From: Camelus ferus
Lineage: Eukaryota
NCBI RefSeq assembly: GCF_009834535.1
Contig: NC_045696.1
Span: forward strand, 46,068,001 to 46,132,000
Direction: 5' to 3'
DNA: 64,000 nt
Within the stretch, counting starts at the first letter, position 1, and every line of letters starts with the position of its first letter. Under the pieces are notes generated by a model, which saw only the letters and a list, made by a program, of their open reading frames with translations, was not told where the DNA came from and did not search any database. Positions 12,651 to 25,575 of this stretch are shown here, piece after piece. Made by a program: the position numbers and the translations under genes.

Positions 12651-14107
12651 TGCATTGCCTAATGTCCTACAGCATGTAAATTCTAGAACCAGGATTTGAA
12701 ACTAGTCTTCCTTTCCATTATACCATAATGTGACTATAAAAAAATCAATTAATTATTAACTACTTTAGCCTTAGGATATTAAACGATAGTCTGTCACTGA
12801 CTCAATTGCTCCAAATTGGCTTCAGAATCCTTCAAAAGTACTATAAACAAGTTTTTGAGGGACAAATAAAAAGTTTTAAAATGTCTCAAATCTAGTGGAA
12901 CTTAAAATTCTGTTATGTAGAAAAGCTAACTTTTTCTCAGAATTAAATTGCTAAAGAACTAGGAGGTGCCAGTGTGGTACTCAAAAATAAAACCATCAAA
13001 GTCAAGTAACTCTGCATTGTTGTGAGGTCCCTCTAGCCCTACAGCAGGCCACAGTACTCCTGTCGTCCTATTTTTAACAAACCCTCAGGAAGGTCCCAAG
13101 GTGGAAGCTGTTTCATATCAAACTGCCCCTTTGAGATTTCCCTTGAGAAGTTCACAATCCCTTAGCACCCAGGAATCTATATATACACCTGCTGTCTGAC
13201 TGGGAAACAAGCAGAGCTCACACTGAATACCAAGTTGTTACTCCTGCTTCTCTGCAGGATTTTTCAGATAGTTCTGTGGAATGGAATGTGGTGGGGCCTG
13301 GAGGCCTTTATCAAAGTGAATCTGCATCCTGCATCCAGCTGCCACTGACACGACCACCATGCTGAGCCCTGTGTCCCAAACAGAAGTTTCGGGACTGACA
13401 CTAACAGCAATGAGAAGCAGTTGCAAGGTTATAAACGAAACAGTGATCGGACTGACGCTGAAATACTCTAGTTGTATCACTGTCATTGTCGTCGTCATCA
13501 TTACTGTTATTGTCATTATTACTTTTACAGTAATGTTTTCTCATGCACATTCCATATGCTTCCAGAATGGGAGAGAGTTACAGTTGGTATGCATGCAGTG
13601 ACCTTGAGCAGACATGAGAGATGCATCAGAAGGTTGAAGCAACACCTATCACGTGTGTCATGAGGGGAAAACGACAGACAGATGTTGCTTTAGACTACCG
13701 CAGTCTACTGAACTGACAAAGTTAAAAAGTACTCGTTGCACATCTACTGTGTGCAGAGCATTGTGCCAGATGCCGCTGTATCTATCTTTAGAGAGAAATG
13801 AAGAGTTCTGTTAACTTCTCAGGCAAGATCTCTGGGGAAATTTTTTCAGGAATATCACCATTGTCTAAGACAGGTCCTATGCTTTCCTGCTTCAATTTTT
13901 AAAGACATAGTTAGAAGATTCATAAATAGTTAAATATAAAGAATCACCTGCTAATTTTTGCAGAGAATATGCTTTTTTCCAGTGACTAAAATAATATCTA
14001 CTCTCTATGGCATTGGCTTTTGAGTATCTAGGTATTTGAGAAACCCAATTATTAATCAGAAGGCTATATGTACAGCACAAATCCAGAAATAAAACAGAAA
14101 CGGCTAA

Positions 14108-14900
14108 TTTTTTAATGAAGTATAGTTGATTTACAATGTGTTAGTTTCAGGTGTACAGCAAGGTGATTCAGTTATATACATATTCATACATTATTTTTCA
14201 GATTATTTTAATAGGTTATTACAAGATATTGAATATAGCACCCTGTGCTATACAGTAGGTCCTTGTTGTTTATCTATTTCATATGTAGAAGTGTGGATCT
14301 GTTAATTCCAAACTCCTAATTTATCCCTCCCCCCACCTTTCTCTTTTGATAACCATAAATTTGTCTCTTATGTCTGTGAATCTGTTTCTGTATTGTAAAA
14401 AGTTCATTCGTATCATTTTTTTAGATTCCATATATAGGTGGTATCATACGAAATTTGTCTTTCTCTTTCTGGCTTACTTCATTTAGTATGATAATCTCTA
14501 GGTCCACCCATGTTGTTGCAAATGGCATTATTTCATTCTTTTCTATGGCTGAGTAGTATTTCATTGTATACATACCACATCTTTAGCCATTCATCTGTTG
14601 ACATTTAGATTGTGTTCATGTTTTGGCTGCTATGAACATTAGGATACATGTATCTTTTGGAATTAAGAGTTTTCATCTTTTCCAGATATATGCCCAGGAG
14701 TGGGACTGGCTGGATCATATGGTAAGTCTATTTTTAGTTTTTTAAGGAACCTCCATACTGTTCTCCATAATGGCTACATCAATTTACATTCCCACTAACA
14801 GTGCAGGAGGGTTCCCTTTTCTCCACACCCTTTCCACATTTATTATTTGTAAGCTTTTTGATGATGGCCATTTTGACTGGTGTCAAGTAATATCTCACTC
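14108..14900 (-). mobile_element. 5'-truncated L1 (L1MA/laurasiatherian-type 3' end)
   Basis: gaagtatagttgatttacaatgtgttagtttcaggtgtacagc...aggaacctccatactgtt...gatggccattttgactggtgt is the reverse of an L1 3'UTR and ORF2 end. Confidence 0.9.
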
Positions 14901-15649
14901 TTAGAACTGGTTAACTTTAAAGAATATTGTACAAAATGTTGAATAATTTCTGCCCCCAATTCATCTACAGACCACTAAAACTGAGAATCTCTCTTCTTTG
15001 ACTATAGATGTCAACTCCGTCCAATCAAACAGCCTTTGTTAAAAGTGACCACAAATATCATTTCACCACATAACATAAGTTGCAGTACAATTAAATAAAT
15101 TACAGTTTTCATTTATAGTCCCATTATGCCTCCTTGAGGATACACCCAGTTCAAGACTATAACAGCAACACATTTAGAAACCAACTCTTAGGACCAATAA
15201 CGGCAACAGATGTAATGAATTCATTTAATGAACATCTATTGCGTATATGTGCAGGATATTGCTCTAGGAACTAATCATTCAAGCAAAGATATTGTTGAGA
15301 AAACAAACAGGTAACAGATAAATACAGACAGTGTGGTGGCTGCTCTGATAGAATGAAGTACTTTGGAAGTGCATCTAATCCAATATGTGCAGTCAAGAAG
15401 CTTTTCTGGTCTTGAAGAAAGAGTATGAAATAACCAGTTGAAAAATCATGCTAAACTCATCCACAGTGAGATAATTTTAAAAAAGTTTCCATTCAATGGG
15501 CGGTCTTTTTTCTGGCTTTGACCCCCACAGGCAGTCCCTGTGGAAGATACCATTAGCAGGAAATACCCTGTTCACCCACAGGCCTAAAATCTAATTAATA
15601 TAATAAATACACATTTAAAATGATGCGTCAGCAACAGAAAACTTGTGAT

Positions 15650-15820
15650 TAAGCCCTAGATCTGCCACTTACTAGTTGTATGATTTGGGACAAGTCAGTG
15701 CCTCAAAGTCTCAAGTTTATCATCTGTATAAACTTCACCTGTTGCTGTAAAGATGAAGTCAAATAATGCAACTAATGCACTTAGGCCAAGCCTGAGAACT
15801 CAGAAAATGTTGGCTATTAC
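15650..15820 (+). mobile_element. MIR SINE
   Basis: tctgccacttactagttgtatgatttgggacaagtc...catctgtataa. Confidence 0.75.
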
Positions 15821-15919
15821 AAAAACATCATTAACATGACTAATCTTATAATGAGTGTACAAATATTCAAAAGAGCAAGCACTCATTTTCAAATGTGGTT
15901 ATTTTTAAAAGATTTAGCA

Positions 15920-16375
15920 GAGACACTGAAGTTTGAGATAACACTTGAAGGCAGCACAAAAAAGGTTCTACATGGTGGAATGAACAGCAATAAGGAAAGT
16001 CAAAATAATCATGATTTGTCAAGGGGTAATGAGGAGACAATTTGACTTGGAGCAGAGTATGTATAAGGAAATGAGAGAAATAGGACTTGAAAGGTAAGCT
16101 GGGGCCAGATTACAAAAGTCCTTCAATACCAGACAAACAAGTTTGAGCTTTGTCCTGTACATGTTGGGGACTGAAAGTTTTTGTTAAGTAAAGTAAAATG
16201 ACCAAAGCAGTGCTTTATAAGAAAAAAACTGGAAAGGAAGAGACAAGTTAGACAAACCAGCTATGATGTGATTGCAGCACTCCTGCTGTATAGCAGTGAG
16301 GACATACCTTGGAGCAGTGACAAGTAGAAAAACGGAGACATGAAGCATTTTGAAGGATAAATAAACAAGACATAT
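15920..16375 (-). mobile_element. L2 fragment
   Basis: gaaaggtaagctggggccagattacaaaag...gtttgagctttgtcctgt, purine-rich reverse L2. Confidence 0.55.
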
Positions 16376-16579
16376 TCACTGAATGCAAGTATTGGTCACG
16401 GTTCTAATCCAAAAAATGTTGTCAGGGCACATTTTCTTAATGAGTCCATAAGTCTCTGAATTCAGGTTATGAAATTCCAGAGATAGGTTGATTCTTCCAG
16501 ATAGTTTAATGGCTGATAAGGGTATTTTGCTCACCAAGAGTATTAAATCAGTGTTGGTGCTCATAATAATGTGATCTGC

Positions 16580-17080
16580 ATTTGTACCCCCATGTTCACA
16601 GCAGCATTATTCGCATTAGCCAAAAGGTGGAAGCAACCCAAATGTCCACCAATGGTTGAATAGATAAACAAATGTGATATATACATACAATGGAATACTA
16701 TTCAACCCTAAAAAGGAATGGAATTCTGATTTCTGCTACAATACAGATGAACCTTAAAGACATTATGTTAAGTGAAACAAGCTGAACACAAAAAGACAAT
16801 AATACTACGATTCCACTTATATGAGGTACCTAGAGTTCTCAAATTCACAGAGACAGAAAGTAGAATGGCAGTTGCCAGGGACTTGGGGAAAGGAGATTGG
16901 GGAGTTATTGTTTAATGGGTACAGACTTTCAATTTGAGATGATGAAAAAGTTCCAGAGATAGACATCAGTGATGGTTGCACAACAATGTGAATATACTTA
17001 ATGCCATTTAACTGTATACTTAAGAATGGTTGAGATGGTAAATTTTGTGTTATCTACGTTTTACCACAATTTTAAAAAAA
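16580..17080 (+). mobile_element. L1MB-type LINE 3' end with degenerate TSD
   Basis: catgttcacagcagcattattc...tggaagcaacccaaatgtcc...ttttaccacaattttaaaaaaa, flanked by taataatgtgatct / taataatgtagatct. Confidence 0.9.
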
Positions 17081-18787
17081 TAGTAATAATGTAGATCTAA
17101 TCCCCTGAGAAACAGCATGCTCACTCAAAACAAGAGAAAGGTAAAGCTTGCCAACCCACTTAGCCTAGCTGCTCAGCCAAAAGAGACATCCCTGCCTCCC
17201 CAGGTCACACACCATTAGTTGGCTTGTCCAACTGGAGAAATGAAGAGGAAAAAACGTCAACCATCATCTACATCAAAATGATAATGGTAGCACAGTGGTG
17301 CATGCCTCGCTGCTTTCCAACTGCCCCAGTCTGATACAAAAGGCAAAAAGGAGAAGTCACTTCACCAGTCAAAGCAATCCTTCACCTCGGTACTTCCACT
17401 TGATGACAAACTTCCTGGGGAAAGGAAAAGTAACTTGCCTATCTCTGTGCCCTGAAGTCCAGAGCCATAACAAATGCTCCAGAGACACATTCACTGAGAT
17501 TTGAGGGACTGCAATTACTTAATATACATCTATCAATTACAATTTTCCCAAATGGATACTATGTTCAGCACTATACCAGACGGGATGCAAATACAGAAGT
17601 ATACGATACGGCCCCTGCCTTTAAAGACCATATAATCTACTTGAGGGGACAAGAATCATACAATGACATAATAATGAACAATACAAGACAGAATATAATT
17701 AGGTGCTAAATTGTGTAGTACAGATTATAAGTACTCTAGGAGGTCATAAAAATGTCTAACACCTTGTTGAAATGAATAATGGGTCAGGAAATCTTTACTC
17801 ACTGCCCACTTGCAGGAGCAAGCAGAGAAACATAAAAAATGAAACAAAAGCTTTTTAAAAGTATCCATCATATTTATTTTTATGTGTAACACACCTTCTC
17901 TACCAAACAATCCCTTTCTTAGCTTTTTTTCCCAAATTTGCTTTTTTTCTCAGCCTTGTTTACAAGTAATTAGAAAATGTCTCAAAGGAAAATTAAGTGT
18001 GCCAACAACCATTTGAAAGAATGTATAAATTACCACGAAACAGAGGTACTCAGTAAAAAATTAGTAAATACAGCCTTTAAAAAAAAAATAAACGTTTCAT
18101 TCAAAGTTTGATTTGTTTGTACAAAGCCAAAAAATAGCTATACAGACTATCCTCCATCCCAGAGGAGGGCTAATGAGAACTAAGGACAATTTTATTCATT
18201 TAGCTTCTAATTCAGACCATCTGCTTTAAAAATGAGAATTTTACATCCTTCTGCATGTCATAGATCAAAAGAGACAGGGATTTTGTTTCTGTAAAGACTC
18301 AAACTGTGAATGTGTATATTTTTTTGTTCTGGCCGACTTCAAACATTGAAAGCTGTATGGCTACATAGCTCAAGCAGAGAACTGAAGATGCAAGACTTTA
18401 AATTCTATTTCCTGGGCTCCCAGTACCTGTAATCTCTCTCCATCACTTTCTTCATCTCTTCTCCCTAAGTAGCAATCAAATATATTCTGCTCCATTAGAA
18501 CAGAATAAATATACAGCCACCTGGTATTTCTCATTCAATTACCAGCCCCACATAACACTGGCAAGACTTAGGTGTGCTTTGGGTAACATATTGCTGCATA
18601 ACAAACCACATCAGTATCTGTGGCTCAAAACAACAATTCTGTTTCATTCATGATTTTGTGGATCAGGAATAAGGAGGGCTCAGCTGGGTGGTTTGTCTCG
18701 CCTACCTGGTGCCAGCTGGTAGCTGAGGCCAGAGGATCAGCAGTCAAGATGGTTTCCTCAACTAAATATCTTGCACCTCTCTGGTAC

Positions 18788-18792
<5 letters not shown>

Positions 18793-18870
<78 letters not shown>

Positions 18871-18957
18871 GCCTCCCTCCCTTCTTCTTCTTCTCCCTCT
18901 CCCCCTCCTCCTCCTTCTTCATTTTCTTCTTCTTCTCTCTATCTCTCTTTCTCTCCA
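18793..18957. repeat. (TC)35 plus CCT/CTT polypyrimidine tract
   Basis: Perfect TC run 18793-18862 followed by a nearly pure pyrimidine stretch. Confidence 0.97.
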
Positions 18958-19074
18958 CTAGGTATTTCATCCTATATACCATGGAAGGGTGAGAACTAGC
19001 GTACGGCAAGAGAAGGGCCTTGGACACAGATTTTAATAAGGCATTCATTCCCAAGTGCTGCCTCTATACCTACT

Positions 19075-19235
19075 GACCCCCGAGAGTGAGTGCCTTCTTA
19101 AGAGTGAATCTCCCAGAGTGCAGAATGTAAGGAGGTGCTCACTTTCAGTATCATGCAAGTACACCCGAGAGTAAATGCCTCCTTAAATTTTGCACCCTGG
19201 GAAACCCACTTGCCTCACCCCAGCCCTGGTCCTGC
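19075..19235 (-). mobile_element. MER91-like hAT-Tip100 element
   Basis: gagagtgagtgccttcttaa and gagagtaaatgcctccttaaattttgcaccctgg...ttgcctcaccccagccctggtcctg. Confidence 0.65.
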
Positions 19236-19810
19236 CTCTAGGGCCTCTTCATGTGGCTTGGAAACACCAAACTGAGACACACCACAGCGTAGTGGTCTCA
19301 GGGGAGGCACACCTCCTACATCGTGGCTATCTTCCAAGAGGTAAGGGAGCCAATACTGCTGGGACAAGAGAAGTCTATGCATGTAACTGGTATAGTGGCA
19401 CATTCATTCTACTCTACTGGTCAAAGCAGCTGCTGGTTCAGCCCAAATTCATGGGCTCTGCCAACAATTGATGAAGATACAGAAAGTTCTCATTGCAGAA
19501 GAGCAAGGGTATGAGAGACACTGTTGGAGCCATCTTTGGAAAATATAGTCTTCCCCATCTTCCTTTATAAACTTTCCTTTAAGTTACTCCTGGAATATTA
19601 TAACATACTCCTAATTAATATCCTAGCCTCTAAACTTCATCTTCAGTCCAGTATACTAAAGTATACTGCTTGCTACCAGGCCTTCGTGTAATAACTATCT
19701 TATCAGTACCCTTGCTTAAACTTTCCAAAGATTGCCCTGGCTTATAAATAAAACCCACGCTCTTCTACCTGTCATTTAAAGTGTTCATGATTTAGTGCCA
19801 TCTCACTTTT

Positions 19811-20254
19811 TGTTGGTTAAATTGTATTCCCCCAGAAGATATTCAAATCCTAACTCTCAATATCTATAAATATGACCTTATTTAGAGATAAGGTCTTTAC
19901 AGATGTAATCAATTTAAGATGAGGTTGTGCTGGATTAAGTTGGGTCCTAATTGAACAGCTGGTGCCTTTAAAAGAAAAGGAGAGAGATCTGGACAAAGAG
20001 ATGCAGGAAATAAAGCTATGTGAAAACACAGACTGACTGCAGTAATGCATCTACACACCACGGAATGCCAAGGATTGCCAGCAGCCACCAAAGCTAGGAG
20101 GAAGCAAGGAAGGATACTTCTGTGGAGCCTTCAGAGGAAGCATGGCCTGGCCAACACCCTGACTTCTAGCCTCCTGACTATGAGAGAAACTTCTGTTGTT
20201 TTAGGCCACAAAGTTTGCAGTAATTTGTTATGACAGCCCTAGGAAAGTAACACA
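19811..20254 (+). mobile_element. MLT1C-like MaLR solo LTR
   Basis: TG...CA ends; gaccttatttagagataaggtctttacagatgtaat; ggaatgccaaggattgccagcagccacc; aatttgttatgacagccctaggaaagtaacaca. Confidence 0.88.
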
Positions 20255-20944
20255 CCACCCATCCAACTCTGCTTCCAAAACTCCTCCTTTATTTAGGAAG
20301 AGGTCTCTTCCCCATCCTTATATCCCAAGAAATCACTGCATCTCTCTTTGTCCTCTCCTTTCACTAAAAGGAACAAAGCAAAGCAGTGTATACACCTATA
20401 AATTGCAGCTGAGGTATAACTGGCATCTTCTAGCATTCTGCTAGGCAGGGCTACTTCTCCCAGATGCTGAGAGTATACCTGGCATAAAGAGAATTTCACA
20501 CATCTGTTAACTTAAATAAAAATGTTGAGAAGATATTAAGTTTTTTTTAGTAAGTGCTTAGAATTATAAATAGAACAATTATTTCCCTGTCATGTTCTTT
20601 GCTCATCAAAAAGAGAAAAATATTTAAGTGAGATATTAACTTATAGCAACAGTACAAAACTATAAAAGTCCTTTCTTGGCTAGTCGGTAAACTCTTAGCT
20701 GTCAGTGGCTTTAACCAACTGGACCCAAAATGACCTCTAAATTGTAATTCAATAACCCAGAATCCTAGCAAGGCTTCCTAATTATAGTTCCCATTTGGAA
20801 TGTTGGATGTAGTATACGAAAAGCTCAAGAAATTAAGGAGGTCATTTATCCTTTTCCCAAAAATACCTTATATGACAACTCGTACAAAATAAATGCAATA
20901 CTTTTCAATACAGTACACATTGATCACTCAGAGAGATGTGAGGG

Positions 20945-21480
20945 ACAGAATCTGAAATTCAGGAAGTGATCATCCTGCTGCATCCTGTGATGGTCAGTCT
21001 ACACCAACCCCTGAATACCTGGTGCTACACCTTTACAGGTAAGCAGATGACATGGAAGGCATTCATGGAAGTGAACAAGATGAAGAAGAGGCTTAAGAAA
21101 CAGCAGAAGAATACAATGATGTTTAACATGAAGAATAAATGTTTCAAAAAAAATCAATTACCTTAACAAGTAAGAAAGACTCTCCTAGAACAGAATCAGA
21201 CTTATCTTTTGTGCCCCCAAAGAGTAAAGCTAACACTAATAAACGAAACTTATAGGAAGACAAATTTTGACTTGTCATAAGACAGATTCCCAAAAATCAA
21301 GTTACCAATTGTGAACTACCCCTAGAAATGTTCATGCAAAGATTTGTAACTACTTGACAATAGTACCTTATTTATCTTTACTGCCCTAGCACAGACATTC
21401 CCATGTAATAACTGATTAACATGTATTTGATATATAAAGGGAAACTCAAACGGTCCCTCCTAAACTTAGGATTCCAGTAT
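20945..21480 (+). mobile_element. L3/CR1 LINE relic
   Basis: ggaagtgatcatcctgctg...tggtcagtctacacc...gatgtttaacatgaagaa...ttataggaagacaaattttgactt resembles the CR1 3' end. Confidence 0.55.
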
Positions 21481-24148
21481 TTTAGGATTCCAAAAGAAAC
21501 GCAACCATGAGTCATTATTTTCCTTTCAATGGATCACACAGTCATAATTTTCTTTATGCTGGATAGGGATGGGTATTCCCTCAGGAAAACAAAGAAGGAC
21601 CCCAAACATCTCAGTAGGAACATTTTAGGTAATACAACACAGTTGTAAGTATAAAATGTGAATTACTTAACAAGTTCAAAGATTCAAATACACTTATTTA
21701 CACATATACTTAATCCCCCTAAAGTTCCCCTTATTTAAGGCAAAAGTGAGTCACAATTTATCAAACCTTTACCACATACATTAACCTCAGTGGTTTCATA
21801 TTCATTTGAAAGCATTTACTGAAGGCTGGTTATGTGGCAGACATGTCTCGTACTGTCAACCAATTTAGCGAGGTAGGTACTAATACCTTCCCTTAAAGGC
21901 CAAAGGAGTTATGCAGCTTGTCCAAGTTCAGGCCTCTGCTAGCCCATACAGATCATCTCTGCAAATTAAAATCAAACAAACAAAAAAACCCAAAAAAACT
22001 CTTCCTCAAGACATTTCACTGTCATTTGTCAGAAAAATGTATCATAATATACTAATTTTATTAGAAGAAAAATCTTACTGCCCTCTACCATAAAATTGTC
22101 TCAATATATATTCAAATTGATAACTGCGATATAAAGCGTGCACCTTAGATGGGTTTCTTTGTACAGTGCACAATTTACTCAACAGTAAATGACAATCCCA
22201 TGAATCTCATATGAGATTTAATAAATGCAGCACCAGGCATTTTACTCCAAAGTACTACCATTGACTCCCACCCTAAATGAGGATCATCAAGAATTTCATA
22301 TGAATTACATAACCCTCTGGCTGCATATGACTACTGTCTCCTTTCAGTACTGTTTCACACTCAAAGCACTCATAAAATGTATTTATGTAGACATAAAGCC
22401 GCTGAATACATAGAAAGCAACTAATGCTGGATGAAAGAGAAGGGTTTCTCAGAAAGCCCATCATCAGTACCTCCCAAACAAGAACGCTTCTCAAAAGCCT
22501 GATTTTACCTACCAGGCAAAATGAAAAATATTCTTAACATTAATATAAAATCGTTTTTCTCACATCAAGCAAATACTCAGTTGGAACACAAAGGACTTAA
22601 TTACTACAAAAAAATGATTTTAAGCAGATTCCACTAAGATGGGATCTTAGTGCTTCAGATAAAATTCGAAGTCAAGTCGAAGTGCTTCAGGCCAATATTC
22701 AGTCAAATTGTGGAAGAAAAGTACTTAGGTAACACGGTTTTTTATGAAAACATTTTGCCTTTCCCTAGAGGAAGATATCCCAGAGTGTGAAATGGCCTTA
22801 ACACTCAGTGAAAATAAAAATGTCTTTAGAAAGAGCAAGTAAGTTTATGTGGTGCTTTATTCATCCAAACCACCCTTATTGTGTCTCTACTATGTTGCAA
22901 GTTTTGTGTTAGATGCTGAGAACACAGTGATGATCAGATCCAGACCATAATCTGCTCTCATTCCAGCAGGCAAAATTAATGTAAAAGGAAAGTATGATCA
23001 TTGTTGCAATAGAAATCTAGAAAAAATGTCATAGGCCCACTCACTCCTGCCTTTATCTATTCTCCATACATAATTTCTTGGAATTTGGGTAAATAGAGTT
23101 CACAAAATTTTAAGCATGCTTTAAAATTAACTTAAAAACCAATCACTATCATCGTATCTGGCACACAGTAAATACATAATAGATGTGGAATGAATAAAAA
23201 AATGAACTTTCCAGCTTACAAATGAGAGTTGGGCCACAAGCAAACATCCCCATCAATTATAAAAGAAGTGTTCATGAATGCAAAGTATTTTTAAATAGCC
23301 AGAAGCCTAAAACAATTTGAGTGGAGAAAAGAAACCATTTAAACACAAACCTTATTCTGAACCAGCTTAAAACATACATAATCTCCTATGTCTGTTAAGC
23401 TATTTAATGATGTATTTTCAGCATCTCGGCAGCACATTTATTTTTATTTTCAAAGTCATGTGGATTATTGTTTTTCCCTAAATTCCAACCATATGTATCA
23501 ATCAGGCTTTGACAAGAGTGATCAATTACTAAGACCTCTAAAAATTTCCATTATTTTCTACCATCCTGACAAATAAGATCTGGGTTTAAATACAAAAAAG
23601 AGGTTGAGAGAGAGACAGAGAGACAGATTTTTCCTTGCTGTATAGAGGGGATCTCTATACCCATGAATTCCAACTTTTCAGGTGGGTAATTTGAGAAGGT
23701 TTGTACCCTTAACAATCTTAACAACTCCATCCCATACTAATCAAGCCTCCTCAAAGACATTTCACTGAAAACAGAAGCAAAACACTACATAACTGACTCA
23801 CTTTTTCTTCTAATCCTGTTTTTGGACTTCTTTTCACTCATCTCACATTCTATTATAAGTAACTTGAGGATGAGGACAAAGCCTAGGGCCTAGCCCAGCA
23901 CCGTACGTAATGAAGTACTTACAAAATGCCTCTGATGACTGTTCTACACAGAAAGCCACCGCACAAACAAAACTCAGAAGCTAGCACTTCTTAAAAAAAC
24001 ATGCTCTGAGGCAATGACTGATATGAAGGAGAATCACAAAATACTACAATCAAAAAAGGTCTTCACCCTATTTAAAATACAGCTCTTGTAAACACTTCGT
24101 TGAACTCTGTTAGCATCTCCCATACTAATTCCCACCACCACCACTTAC

Positions 24149-24300
24149 CAGAAAATAGTTCCAAAATTTCTATGTGGAGTCCATGGGGCTCGAGAAGGAA
24201 AGAAAGAAGAATGTAAATCCACTCTACAGCTCGTGCGCTCCGACCGGCGATGGTGGCGGTGCGCCTGCGCCCGGGGGATGGCATCCCGGCGACTTGACCT
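24149..24300 (-). other. Candidate first exon of an unidentified minus-strand gene (TSS approximate)
   Basis: Lies in a CpG-rich segment and ends in a perfect donor CTG|gtaagt at 24149/24148. No recognisable coding exon in the 24 kb downstream. Confidence 0.65.
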
Positions 24301-24550
24301 TTCCCTCCTCAGTTTCTCCTCTTCCAGCCCCAGAGGCTCCTGGGTAGGCGCTTGCGCAGGGGACTCGGCACTCAGGTGGTCAAGCTACCAAGAAGGATCC
24401 CTGTGGGCGCTTCGAGGACCCAAGACTGTCTAAAGCCACAGGGGAAATGGTGGAAAATTCACCATTGCCATTTCCGGGAAGAGCGACGTATGGCTTTGTT
24501 CGTTTGTTAAGCTCCCAGTATTGGTGCACACTATATCTCGTGCGAGCTTT
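24190..24550 (-). promoter_or_regulatory. Small CpG-island promoter
   Basis: Sharp CpG enrichment. NRF1-like TGCGCCTGCGC (24260-24270) and GCGCTTGCGCA (24348-24358); ETS/YY1 CCGGAAATGGC (minus, 24467-24477); CCAAT (minus, 24520-24524). Confidence 0.75.
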
Positions 24551-25457
24551 TATACCTGAATCTTGGCTAAACTTCTTAGGCTTAACCTATTGGGCTCAAA
24601 AATATTAGGCAGTTGCAATGCCTGTCTACCTCATTTTTACTATAGGAACCCGTTACATTGACTTATTTGGAATAAACATGATAAGTACCTTCCCACCCAA
24701 CTCTATTCACGTAATCACAGATAACTATGCTAAAAACCAACAGCAGAAGAAACATTGAGGACATCCAGCACTAAATGATATTCCTATTTATGAAGTAACT
24801 AAAGTAAGTTAACTACTTTAAAGTAAACTAAACATTCTTCCTTACAGCCAAAGAACTTTACACCAAAAACTAAATTGTATGTAGGCTGACACCAAACACC
24901 TATTATGTATCTGATATAATAATGTTGATCATAATTATTTTCACTATCTCTTATTAACACTTAGTATTGAAATATTAAAAAAGTAAGTTGAAATTATCTA
25001 AATTCCCTTAATATTGTAAGTGTTCTCAAATATTACACATTAAGTGATAGAAAAAATAAAATTCTGCATTACTATATGGATATAGATAACTCTATAGTAT
25101 AACTACATAAGTATACTCTATATGTGTATATATATATAGTATGCTCTACAGTATAACGTAGCATACTTGCAGAGAAGAGCCACTTCTCTGTAACTCAGTG
25201 AAATTCTGAAACCATAATGCCTACAGTTTTCTTAGATATTGATATTCAATACAGTTTAAGGAGAACAATTAAATAGGAACAGACAATTTGGGTTACACAA
25301 TTAAGGTGGCACCAAAAAGCATCTTCCAATATACTATGAATTCTGTACAGTGAAACACTGAGAGGTTAGTTCTTGATTCAAAAAGAAAGTAAGTTTCATC
25401 TTCCTTTTGAGAAATAGGCATCATCGTTGCCTGCTGTCTACCAATCTTCAGGTTCCT

Positions 25458-25486
25458 TCATCTTTCATAGATGCATGTATGCCGGT
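25458..25486 (-). CDS. Predicted small ORF, exon 3 coding part (YRHTCIYER*)
   Basis: Strong acceptor ttttaacatttctgtctgtgctgttccttatcag|A; in frame with exons 1-2; TGA at 25460-25458. Confidence 0.3.
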
Positions 25487-25575
25487 CTGATAAGGAACAG
25501 CACAGACAGAAATGTTAAAAAGCTCTATGTATTAGAAACTTAAGAAAATCATTAAAAAGAGACTCAAGTACTTAC

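Larger units (their letters stand above)
18573..19558 (-). mobile_element. MLT1-type MaLR LTR interrupted by a microsatellite and a hAT element
   Basis: ttgctgcataacaaaccac...gggctcagctgggtggttt at the left; gccatctttggaaaatatagtcttcccca at the right. Confidence 0.65.

Noticed and set aside
13238..13663. Overlapping ORFs with a hydrophobic stretch and a plus-strand acceptor at 13258
   Set aside because: The hydrophobic run comes from a low-complexity gtc/att repeat; no good donor and no upstream plus-strand promoter seen.
18620..19054. ORFs with SL and ER dipeptide repeats
   Set aside because: Translation of the (TC)n microsatellite.
20963..21043. Plus-strand exon-like segment ending CAG|gtaagc
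   Set aside because: Lies inside an L3/CR1 relic, has a poor acceptor, and is antisense to the local gene.
22203..22218. Perfect 16-bp palindrome aatctcatatgagatt
   Set aside because: Roughly one or two such palindromes are expected by chance in 64 kb of AT-rich DNA.
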